Positions 12,464 to 22,700 of a DNA stretch of 64,000 nt are shown here, piece after piece. Both the position numbers and the translations under genes were made by a program. How positions within the stretch are numbered: position 1 is the stretch's first letter; the number at the start of each line of letters is the position of its first letter. This DNA comes from Anthoceros angustus (Eukaryota; Plantae; Anthocerotophyta), in the NCBI GenBank assembly GCA_010909165.1, contig VJWM01000221.1:237530-301529 (forward strand). The letters run 5' to 3'. The notes beneath the pieces were generated by a model. The model saw only the letters and a list, made by a program, of their open reading frames with translations. It searched no databases and was not told the origin of the DNA.

Positions 12464-13450
12464 ATGTATTTGGTGGAGGACAAAGGAGGGGCCATAGCCC
12501 TCATGTTTGCAGCTCTGCTGATCTCGGGAACATGCCCGGCTGTGATCAACCTGCTGGAAAGAAGAGGCAGGCTTCTGCAACACACTTACCTGGATTACTG
12601 CATCTCAAATTACCTGACGGGCATTGTGATCGCTCTCACCCTTGGACAGCTTGGGCCCGAAACTCCCCGTAGGCCCAACTTTTTCACACAGCTCAAGCAG
12701 GTTTGATGCTCTAGCACGTTTGATCCTCTGTGGGAATTGCCATGGCTGGGGGCGTGGTGCTCTGTCTTGGGAACTTAGCGACACAGTATGGCTGGCCTTT
12801 TGTAGGGCTGTCGCTCGGCCAGCTCACTGGAGCATGCCTCTCGGCAGTCATCAGTAAGACATACAGACTTGATCCTTCTCCTGTTCAAGCACATCGTACT
12901 TCATCTCAGTGCTCCTCGTAAAAGTCTGCAAGTTGCGCCTGCAGGCACCACTTTGAACCCGGAAGACCAACGAGCAGTGAAGGTGCAGGGAGTGAACCCG
13001 TTTCTAGGGCTGGGGATCATCCTCTTCGCGGCCTGTGCTGTGCCTGCTTCTCCCCTGCTTTCAACCTGGCCACCAACGATCAGTGGCACACCTTGAAGGA
13101 TGGGGTACCGCATCTCCAGGTCTACACCGCCTACTTCTGGTTCTCCACAGCCTTCTTCGTCCTAGCCATCGTCCTAAACCTGTGGTTCCTGTACAACCCT
13201 ATGCTGGGCTTGCCCAAGTCCTCCTTCTCAGCCTATCTGAGAGACTGGAAAGGCCGCCCCTGGGCCCTCTTCGCAGGAGTGCTCTCGGCTTTGGCAACGG
13301 CTTCCAGTTCATGGCAGGGCTACGCTGCAGCAGATGCTGTGCAGGTAGGTGACAGTCCCATTATCCTGTTTACCACACCTACGTCAAAATCACACAGGAA
13401 AGCTGTCTTGGCATGTTCATGTGAAGTGTACACCCGCTTGGTGGTGACAT
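12464..13450 (+). pseudogene. Ureide permease pseudogene (tandem copy of 14132-15782; duplicated unit starts near 11830)
   Basis: Exon 1 is intact. The exon 2 acceptor is deleted, ~370 bp spanning exon 3 to the start of exon 4 is deleted, there are small indels, and the last exon is missing. Confidence 0.88.
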
Positions 13451-14131
13451 TGTTGGTCACAGCGTGGTCCATCAAAGGAAGCCGACAAACTGAAGAGGAC
13501 GAAGAGGGCAAATATCAATACCAGACTAGTACACTGACATCCCAATATGGTATCACAGATATCATTCGGAAGAATGCCGCCAACGCTTGTGCTACGACCG
13601 AGGCTACCGAGGGCAAGGTGGAAGCCAATCACATGAGAGAATCACCAACAAGGATGAAAGAAACGACGAAGATCTGTACCTGTTAGCCACCTCAGGACAT
13701 GCCAAGGACTGAATACCACATGGACTCTGGATTAATAACTCAGGGACGTCAGACACACACAGTACATGGCTTAAGCGCATATTGGTCACCTACCACTCAA
13801 TCAAAGGCAGCCCAGAGAAGGTGTACGATGGCATGCATGATTCACAAGCTCAGGGCTCGATTGCAGCGCGAGAAATTCGTGGGCGTGACTTGCTTTGACT
13901 CTCTGTTTTGGCCGTTTGCTTTTGAAAAGGGACTTCGTTGCTGGCATTGTACTTTGCAACCTACCCACAGGCTGCATTCCAAGGGAAGGCTTGAATTCAA
14001 ATGGAAATGCAATTTGGATTGGGGGGCTGCCAGTGGTTGCTGCTGGCAGTGCTGAGGGTGTTAACGTTCTCAGCTCTGCCGCAGACTTGCCAGCCAGTCT
14101 TGCAATCAAGGGGAAACGTACTTGAATCAAA

Positions 14132-15782
14132 ATGTATTTGGTGGAGGACAAAGGAGGGGCCATAGCCCTCATGTTTGCAGCTCTGCTGTTCTTGGGAACA
14201 TGGACGGCTGTGATCAACCTGCTGGAACGAAGAGGCAGGCTTCTGCAACATACTTACCTGGACTACTGCATCTCCAATTACCTGACGGGCATTGTGATTG
14301 CTCTCACCCTTGGACAGCTTGGGCCCGAAACTCCCCGTAGGCCCAACTTTTTCACACAGCTCAAGCAGGTTTGATGCTCTACACTCTTCCCATCAAGTGC
14401 TGCACGAGGACCCCTCCTTGCAGCAGCTGAGAGAAGTGCCTCTGAAGTCTGAGGACCATGTCAGCTCACAAGGTGTACTTCGAGAATTGTAGGACAATGG
14501 ATCCTCTGTGGGAATTGCCATGGCTGGGGGCGTGGTGCTTTGTCTTGGGAACTTAGCGACACAGTATGGCTGGCCTTTTGTAGGGCTGTCGCTCGGCCAG
14601 CTCACTGGAGCATGCCTCTCGGCAGTCATCAGTAAGACATACAGACTTGATCGTTCTCCTGTTCAAGCACTTCGCACTTCATCTCAGTGCTCCTTGTAAA
14701 AGTCTGCAAGTTGCGCCTGCAGGCACCACTTTGAACTACTTTCTGGACGATCGCCTCAACAGAGCTGAGGTGCTGTTTCCTGGCCTTGGATGCTTCGTGG
14801 TTGCAGCGTGGCTTGGGGTCTTCCTGCATGCCTCCAACAGAGCAGACATCGTTGCCAAGACCAAGCTGCAAGCCTTTGATAGCAGGTATGCATATGCATT
14901 GAATGTCACGATCGGTCAATGACATCAGTAGATGCAAGTTTTGAACTGTCCTGACCTGTCCAGTTAACCAACAGCGTCGAAGAAGAGGAGAAGGCCACGA
15001 ATTCTTCCATCCCAGCATCGAAAGCGTTAGACATCGAGTCAGACAACAAGCAAGACCCCAAAGCCCAGGGTTCCGCTGGAACCAGAGAGTACCTGCTGCA
15101 GCTGGAAGACCAACGAGCAGTGAAGGTGCAGGGAGTGAACCAGTTTCTAGGGCTGGGGATCATCCTCTTCGCAGGCCTGTGCTGTGCCTTCTTCTCCCCT
15201 GCTTTCAACCTGGCCACCAACGATCAGTGGCACACCTTGAAGGATGGAGTACCGCATCTCCAGGTCTACACCGCCTACTTCTGGTTCTCCACAGCCTTCT
15301 TCGTCCTAGCCATCGTCCTAAACCTGTGGTTCCTGTACAACCCTATGCTGGGCTTGCCCAAGTCCTCCTTCTCAGCCTATCTGAGAGACTCGAAAGGCCG
15401 CCCCTGGGCCCTCTTCGCAGGAGTGCTCTGCGGCTTTGGCAATGGTTTCCAGTTCATGGCAGGTCAAGCTGCTGGCTACGCTGCAGCAGATGCTGTGCAG
15501 GTAGGTGACAGTCCCATTATCCTGTTTACCACACCTACGTCAAAATCACACAGGAAAGCTGTCCTGGCATGTTCATGTGAACTGTACACCAGCTTGGTGG
15601 TGACATGACTGTTCACACTGTTGCAGGCCTTACCGTTGGTGAGCACCGTCTGGGCAGTCCTTTTCTTCGGTGAGTACCACAGATCTTCGCGTAGGACATA
15701 CCTGCTCCTGGGAGGGATGATTTTCATGTTTGCCGCTGCTGTGGGGGTTCTTATGGCTTCTTCTACACACAGGAAGAATTAG
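14132..15782 (+). CDS. UPS: Ureide permease, 5 exons, ~406 aa
   Basis: Exons 14132-14368, 14493-14631, 14723-14885, 14975-15500 and 15627-15782 join in frame. Family motifs MYLVEDKGGAI, QHTYLDY, TTLNYFLDDRLNRAE, FNLATNDQW and GQAAGYAAADAVQALPLVS are present. Confidence 0.93.
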
Positions 15783-16866
15783 CCTTTGTCCTATGCTGTA
15801 GTATATAATCTCTCCGAAATGGTCTCGGGCTGCCTGCCTTATACGTGAAAAGATGGGAATGATCCCTCACAACATAACCTGTATCAAGAACATTAGCTAA
15901 GCACTACCATCACAGAAACACATGAAAGCATGCAAGTGCCGAGTTCTACTAAGCACCAACTCCAGGAGTGGGAGTGCTTGCGATAGGCCTCATATCCTGC
16001 CTTCAAAATGTTACCAAGCTGTCACATAAGGTGTTTTCTGATCGCCATTCCAGAGATTCAATGCGCAGAGGTCAGGTTCCTAGCATTCCAGGCTCACCAA
16101 GCTTCCACTGGAAAGCCAGCCAAGCTTCCCTTCCAGAGAACGAAGTGTACGCATCTTATCCGACGCCGGATGAGATCTCATACCGTTCCTTGCGAGCAAA
16201 GATAGCAGCGATCCTGGAAGGAAATCCAATGTTTTGGGGCAAGCCAATTTCACGTGTGCGAGGGCTATGAGCGGGAGGCCCGGGACTCTAACGCTGAGGG
16301 ACTTCAATCAAAGCCTACTAGTCCGAGGCACCGAACGATGAGCGGGAGGTCAGGGACTCGAACGCTGAAGGACTTCAAAGGGCAACTATGTAGATCCTGG
16401 CCACTGGGTATAAAGAGCAAGGGTCTGCAGTTCTGAAGGTGCCGATTATCTTATCATATTGCACTGAACAAAGGTGAACTATAAATTCTCTGTCTCCACA
16501 TTCTCCTTGGGAAGTTTCTGTCTCCTCTTTGATGCACAGGTGGGAAAAGCGAGCTGCTGGAAAACTTCTCAAACTGCCGAAACTAAGCTAGACAAGCTGG
16601 CACCAGAGCTCAATTTGCTCTGAGCTATGGCGGAAGACGACTGGTAAGTGAAATGCTGTGAATCCCTACTCGTCACGGATGGCTTTTGTGCAGGGTTGGA
16701 GGAGTCTGATGTACCTTTCGGCACTTGATCGTTGCACATTAGAGGCACCAGATTGGAAGCTGGATGCAACCCTGAACGGGGTTTGAATTTCTGGGTTGTG
16801 AAGATTTCGCAACAAATTTCTCCCAAGAATTTGATTGGTTTTACAAGTTGTTGAACGTATCTCCGA

Positions 16867-19071
16867 TCAAGTGTCGTGCATAGTGCTTGAGTCAAGGTAT
16901 CCTTGTTGCTCCAATTGGACTAGAAGATGTCTCAGCTTGGAGAAAATATTTTTGCTTTCAGGATGTTCTCGGTCCCCCACCACAAACACATGCGATGTTC
17001 CACTCATGTCCATCCACTGGCTGCGCCCTGGTTCCTTCCGTGCTCCCGACTTCATTCTGGCCGCCTGAATCTTCTTCGCCTCCTTTGGCATGTGAGCAGC
17101 CGTGAAGATGTTCGACATCAAAACATAAACTGCAGCATCACTTTTGTCCACCCTGAGTGCACATTCGAATGCTTGTCGTCCAAGTTCAACATTTTCCCAC
17201 TTTTGACAAGCACCCAGAATGCATTTCCATACTGTGCTGTCAGGCTCAAAAGGCATCATCTTCACCAGACCCATTGCCCGATCGACTTGGCCTGCACGGC
17301 CGAGTAGATCAACCATGCAACTGTAGTGTTGGAGTGTTGGACTGACGCCATAGTCTCTACTCATGGCTGAAAAGTAAATGTGGCCACTGTCGACGAGACC
17401 CACGTGATTGCAAACATTCAGAACAGCAAGAAATGTGACGTCGTTCGGGTGCACACCCTCCTGCTGCATTCTTTCAAATAAGTTGAAGACAACATCGCTC
17501 TCACCCTGCCGGGCATATCCCGAAATCAGTGCATTCCATGTAACGTGATCTTTGCTTGGCATTGCATCGAACACCCGTTGTGCATCCAGCATGCTGGAAC
17601 ATTTGCTGTACATGTCAATCAAGCTATTGCTCATAAAGCAGTCTGGATCTATTCCTGATTGTAGGATCTGGGAATGGACTTCCTTCCCCGTCTCCAGTCC
17701 TGCCATACTACTACAAGCGTTGAGTGCACCGACGTATGTTCGATCGTTTGGTATCACCCCTTCACGTTGCATCCGTCTATACAACTGCAAAGCCTCTTCA
17801 CCCTTGTCCATCCGTGCATATCCAACGATCATGGCAGTCCAAGAAACTACATCACGTTGTACCATTGTCTCAAACACCTGCCTGGCAGTTTCCAAGCTTC
17901 CACATTTTGCATACGCGTCCACCAACATAGTCCCTACAAATACATCTAACTCAAGCTGCTTTCCCCTGACATCTGCGTGGATGCTTGAGACGGTATCCAG
18001 GCAACGTCTTCTCTCAAGCAAACTGTCACCTTCTGCCGTCTCTATCAACTCTGCAATGCTGCTGCAAGCTTTGAGTACACCAACATACGTCCGGTCATCG
18101 GGCACCACACCTTCCTGTCTCATCCTTTTATAGAGTACCAAAGCCTCTTCTCCCTGTTCCATCTGGGAATACCTTAAAATCATGGAATTCCAAGACACCA
18201 CATCCCGATGAGGAATGCCCTCAAACACTTGCCTAGCGTTCTCCAAATCTCCACATCTCGCATACGCATCCACCAGCATTGTGCCTACAAACATATCACT
18301 CTCCAACTTCTTCTGCTTAACATCTGCATGGATGGAGGCCACCGTTTCCAGGCATTGTTCCTTCGTACGGCTGTCAATCGAACTGCAAGCCTTGAGGATG
18401 CACACATACGTTCGGGCATTGGGGACCACCCCTTCCTGTTGCATCCGTGCATACAACCTGAAAGCTTCTTGAGCATTCTCCTTGTGGGCGTACGCTGAGA
18501 TCATGGCAGTCCAGGGCACCACATCACGACGAGGCAGGTTTTCGAACACCCGCCTAGCATTCTCCACGCTCCCACACTTTGCATAGGCATCCACCAGCAT
18601 GGTGCCCACATATGAATCTGCATCCCATCCACATTTCACCGCCTCTGCATGAATCTGCTTCACTCCCTGCAAGTCCTGAATTCTGCTGCAGTCCTTCAAA
18701 AGATGGACAAATGTGCTGGAGGTCAATTCCACTCCCTCTTCTCGCATTGCCTCAAGTATCTTGACAGGATGTCTGTCCTGCTGCTCAGAGCGTTTGAGAC
18801 GTTGGGCCTTCCAGAAATCCACTCCTTCTTGCTCGCGTGCACCATCCATTGGGCTGCCTCTTTCTGCAGTCCCTCTGCCAGCTCTGATGCATAGCGCAGC
18901 GCTCCACGCAGCCTGACAGTGTGGCCCGCATTTTGCAGCAGCAGCCCTCCTGTGGAACAGGAAAACTGCCTCCCTGGCGCTCTTGTGGGTGAAATCTTGG
19001 GACGTGAGATAGAGCTGATCACAAACCATCCGACCTGTGAGCTCTTCATCCAGAGAGCAGTGTACAGACAC
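16867..19071 (-). CDS. PLS-class PPR protein (PPR2) with E domain and truncated E+, 734 aa, intronless
   Basis: Continuous ORF of P-L-S triplets. Ends KEPGRSQWMD...HVFVVGDREHP...QQGYLDSSTMHDT, with no DYW catalytic motifs. Confidence 0.92.
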   Translation of the reverse strand: MSVHCSLDEELTGRMVCDQLYLTSQDFTHKSAREAVFLFHRRAAAAKCGPHCQAAWSAALCIRAGRGTAERGSPMDGAREQEGVDFWKAQRLKRSEQQDRHPVKILEAMREEGVELTSSTFVHLLKDCSRIQDLQGVKQIHAEAVKCGWDADSYVGTMLVDAYAKCGSVENARRVFENLPRRDVVPWTAMISAYAHKENAQEAFRLYARMQQEGVVPNARTYVCILKACSSIDSRTKEQCLETVASIHADVKQKKLESDMFVGTMLVDAYARCGDLENARQVFEGIPHRDVVSWNSMILRYSQMEQGEEALVLYKRMRQEGVVPDDRTYVGVLKACSSIAELIETAEGDSLLERRRCLDTVSSIHADVRGKQLELDVFVGTMLVDAYAKCGSLETARQVFETMVQRDVVSWTAMIVGYARMDKGEEALQLYRRMQREGVIPNDRTYVGALNACSSMAGLETGKEVHSQILQSGIDPDCFMSNSLIDMYSKCSSMLDAQRVFDAMPSKDHVTWNALISGYARQGESDVVFNLFERMQQEGVHPNDVTFLAVLNVCNHVGLVDSGHIYFSAMSRDYGVSPTLQHYSCMVDLLGRAGQVDRAMGLVKMMPFEPDSTVWKCILGACQKWENVELGRQAFECALRVDKSDAAVYVLMSNIFTAAHMPKEAKKIQAARMKSGARKEPGRSQWMDMSGTSHVFVVGDREHPESKNIFSKLRHLLVQLEQQGYLDSSTMHDT

Positions 19072-19263
19072 TCGAGCGCCCTCTCAGCTGCAGGGAGCGT
19101 GGTAGGAGACGGACATGTCTACTCTGAGGGTGGGAATTTCATAATGCGATAACATGAGCTTATCACAAGGAACAGCATGGTATCAGCTCAAGCTTCTTCC
19201 TGTTCCTGAGCAATTGCTGTACAAAATGCCACACATATTGAGCTGACAGTGGAGCTTACAAAG

Positions 19264-19326
19264 CTATGTCGATTCACCCAGTTCTGCTTCTGCTTCTCCT
19301 GCCCGAGTCTGGCCCTGCCTCGACAT
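19264..19326 (-). other. Relic N-terminus of the 2OG oxygenase, now a 20-aa upstream ORF in front of PPR2
   Basis: Encodes MSRQGQTRAGEAEAELGEST*, compared with the 2OG gene start MSRQGKAQAGEAEVEAST. Confidence 0.7.
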
Positions 19327-19752
19327 CGGGCCTCTGCTTTGGAATGTGGTGTCTACGACCCCGATCTCCTGACCGGCATCTAAAATAGATACCCAGAAAA
19401 GCTGAGGTCCAGAGTACATACATAGCTTGCGTTCCAGTCAAGGTGGAAGCGTCGAGGAAGGTGAAATACATAGATACCGCAGACCTAACCTGCGAGGAAT
19501 AAAGCAAGTCTTCACGTCTCTTTGCTTTGCTCTGTTTTGTTTTGTGTGACCGATTTGTGACCTTCCAGATCGGGGCCAGTCCGGTTGCAGATGGTGTTGG
19601 ACGAATATAGGGGTCGTCAATTGTGGAGGCTATCAATTGGCAGGGGAAGCGGACAGCCGTCTGTGTCTATTGCAGCCAGATTGTTGAGCTGAGGGGACCG
19701 GATCCGGTGAAGCAGGTCTGTAAAGCTACTTCGAGATGTTGGAGAAGATAGG
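19283..19752. promoter_or_regulatory. Bidirectional promoter copy 2 (inverted homolog of 9075-9528), between PPR2 and FYVE4
   Basis: Reverse-complement similarity to 9075-9528 over the whole length. The two ATGs (19326 minus, 19736 plus) are ~410 bp apart. Confidence 0.8.
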
Positions 19753-22700
19753 ATTGCCAGCCAAGCCAGCTGCAAGGGGTTCCAGTTGGGTGCTGGACGC
19801 TTCCCACTGCCAGGGCTGCTCTGCTGCCTTCACGGTCTTCAATCGGAAAGTACGTTTTGCCTCTTGGTCTTCTCCTTCTCTTCTTGGACGAGGATTGCAA
19901 TTGCTTGGATCCTGTCCTGGGTGCTGGAAGCTGCACGGTGGATGAATGTGTTCCTTCGCCGAAATTAGCATGCTGGATTTCGTGTCTTGCATTGTTTGCG
20001 CTTGTTTAGGCCTAGATGGTTTGGAATTCGTCATGGGTTCCAGAGGGTGACGTCAATGTGGCTTTAGCACCATTGTCGCAGATGTGGAGGGATATTTTGT
20101 GGGAACTGCTCAAACCACAGGTTGATATTGCGTGGGCAAGGAGACCATCCTGTGCGGGCCTGTGAGCAGTGCAGGAAACTTGAGGAAGCTGCTCGAATTG
20201 AATCTCGGCCCTGGTTGAAAAACAAGGTTAATAGAGGTGAGAGCCTCGATTTCAGCAATTTCTTGGCTCTCCATTTGCGTGTGTGCTTCCATTCGGCGTT
20301 CAGATTTACTGAGTTGCTGCTGACTGATGTAGGGGGTTCAAAATCAGCCGGTAGTGCAGACACAGATGCACTCTTGAAACAGTTGCTTGGTGGTAGTTCT
20401 GAGCCGGATGACCTGAGTGTTGAGAAGTTGTTGGAAGAGCATTTTCCATCAAGCTCTGGTCGCTCTGATGGCGTGGATGACAAGCGTAAGCAAGGCCATT
20501 CTCCAGGTGCATCCGTGGAAGGGTATGTGGGCGCTCCAGCTGAGCCTGTGTCTCCTGAGAAACTTCATCAGCAGGCACAAGAGGAGAAGAAGAGATACAC
20601 ACAGCTGAAGAAGGATGGGAAGGGTGAGGAGGCTTTGAAAGCTTTTAAGCGGTCGAAGGAGCTCGACCGCCAGGCAGAAGCGCTGGAACTTGCTTTGAGG
20701 AAAAGTAAGCGAAAGGCACCCCTTGTGCTTCCTCCTGATGATCCCAAGCAGGAAAAGGTGGTGGACGGAGGAGTGTCATCCAAAGATTCTGGCGTGAAGC
20801 CTCCTGGACTGGCAGGCAGGAGAGCCAGCAGCATGACTGCCGTTGGTCAAAGTGATGATCTTCTCAGTGCATTGAAGGAGCTAGGCTGGGATGACTCCGA
20901 TCTTTCAGAGAAAAAAGGTAAACCTGTTGGAAAAGGTGACGTTGACAGTGACCTTGCAGCCATACTTGAAACTGCAGAGGATGCACCTAGAGCTTCAGGT
21001 GAAAAGAAAGTTACAAATAAACCTGGTGATGGAGAAGTTAAAATGCAAATATTGGGACACAAGCGACGAGCTGTGGCTTTGAAGAAAGAAGGGAAGATGG
21101 CTGAAGCAAAAGAAGAACTGAAGAAGGCCAAGATTCTGGAAAGACAACAAGAAGAGGCTGCCCTTATGGGGGAAGACGATGGAAGTGAGGAGGAAGATGA
21201 GTTGACCATACTCATGCGCAGTTTAGAGAAGGAGGCCAACACTGGCAAGTCTAGGAATACAATTCCTACGGATGCAGTTCTGGATTTCAACATGTTGTCC
21301 TCCTTGAATGAGGATGACGATGATACCCATGTGGATGTATCAGATGCTGACTTAAATGATCCAGCTATGGTGGATGCACTGAGAGCCATGGGCTGGGCAG
21401 AGGAGGCTGATGCCATGCAGAGGTCCTCGGCTCCAGACGCTGGTCTACAGCATCTCCACTCTGCCATATCTAGGGAGCAGGAGCTGCAAAAGCAGATTTT
21501 GGCACAAAAGAAACGAGCTTTGGCTTTAAGGCGAGAAGGGAAGGGGGAAGAAGCTCGAGAAGAGCTTAAGCGAGCAAAGTTGCTGGAACAGGAACTGCAG
21601 GAGTTGAAGAATAGCTCTGTTTCTGCTGCACGTGAGCCACAACCTGCTACCCGGCCTGTTGCCCTTTCCAAGGACTCTGCTCGTGGTGGGCGAACTATTA
21701 CTCCGGCAGTTCCCGGCTTAGATACCATACTAAGCAGTGATGATGCGGATGTTGATGTGACAGAAGATGACATGCAGGATCCAGATCTCATCAGTGCCCT
21801 TCGTGCTATGGGCTTTGCTGATGAGCTTCCCTCAACGAAACCTCTGATGGCTGCTGCTCGTCCTAGTCGCCAGGACACAGCCGCATTGCAGCAAGAAATA
21901 CTTGCGATAAAGAGATCTGCCTTAGCACTCAAACGTGAAGGCAAGGTTCTAGAAGCCAAAGAGCAACTCTTGCGCTCAAGAGCTTTGGAGGAAACACTTG
22001 CTGAACAGCAGAGTAAACTCAAAGCAGTAGAGGAATTGCCAAGTATCAAAGGTCGCTATGAGGTACCCACAACCAGTGGAAAGGTGTCCATAAGAAGACA
22101 GCCAATTGAGCAAATGACCCTCGATCTCTCAAGTGGAGGTGAGGAGCCAGAAGGAGAGGAAGTGGAAGCTGATGTAGAAGAGTCCGATTACATGGATCCA
22201 GATATTGTAGCAGCTCTGCACCACATGGGCTGGGAGGAGGATACGTCTCAGCCCCAGGAACTCAGCAAGGAGACCCAGACTCTTCCCACTCAGGCTCTTG
22301 ATGAACCTGTGACAAGCTTAGATACTCATCAGCATCCTCCTACTAAAAAGACCGGATCTGAGCTCCAAAAAGAGTTGTTGGGCCTTAAAAGGCGTGCTCT
22401 GGCGTTAAAGCGGGAAGGTAGATTGGAAGAGGCAAATGAAGAGCTTAGGCAGGCGAGGGTACTCGAGAAGCAGTTTGAGGAAATGCAAGTTGTGGAATCC
22501 TCAGGGAAGGGCAAGCGTCCACCTCAACAATTCTCACAACAACCCGCTTTGCAACCCTCAATGTTTGATGACCGGAATCAGGATAATGTTCAAGTCACAG
22601 ATGAGGATATGCTGGACCCGCAACTCATGGCAGCCCTTCAAAATATGGGCTGGAAGGAAGAGACACGTGCACCAGGGGAACCCAGTCATGACACTGGAAG

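Noticed and set aside
16267-16380. 71-bp-period direct repeat with a GTTCGAGTCC B-box-like motif on the minus strand
   Set aside because: No A box, acceptor stem or cloverleaf could be built, so it is not called a tRNA or SINE.
16540-16800. Exon/intron-like signals on the plus strand downstream of PPR2
   Set aside because: All frames of the putative exon contain stops and no family could be recognised.
20847-22049. 400-aa minus-strand ORF, and similar antisense ORFs over the PPR, PILS, RPA49 and LHCII genes (e.g. 48361-48975)
   Set aside because: Shadow frames of real coding sequence on the opposite strand, with no recognisable domains.
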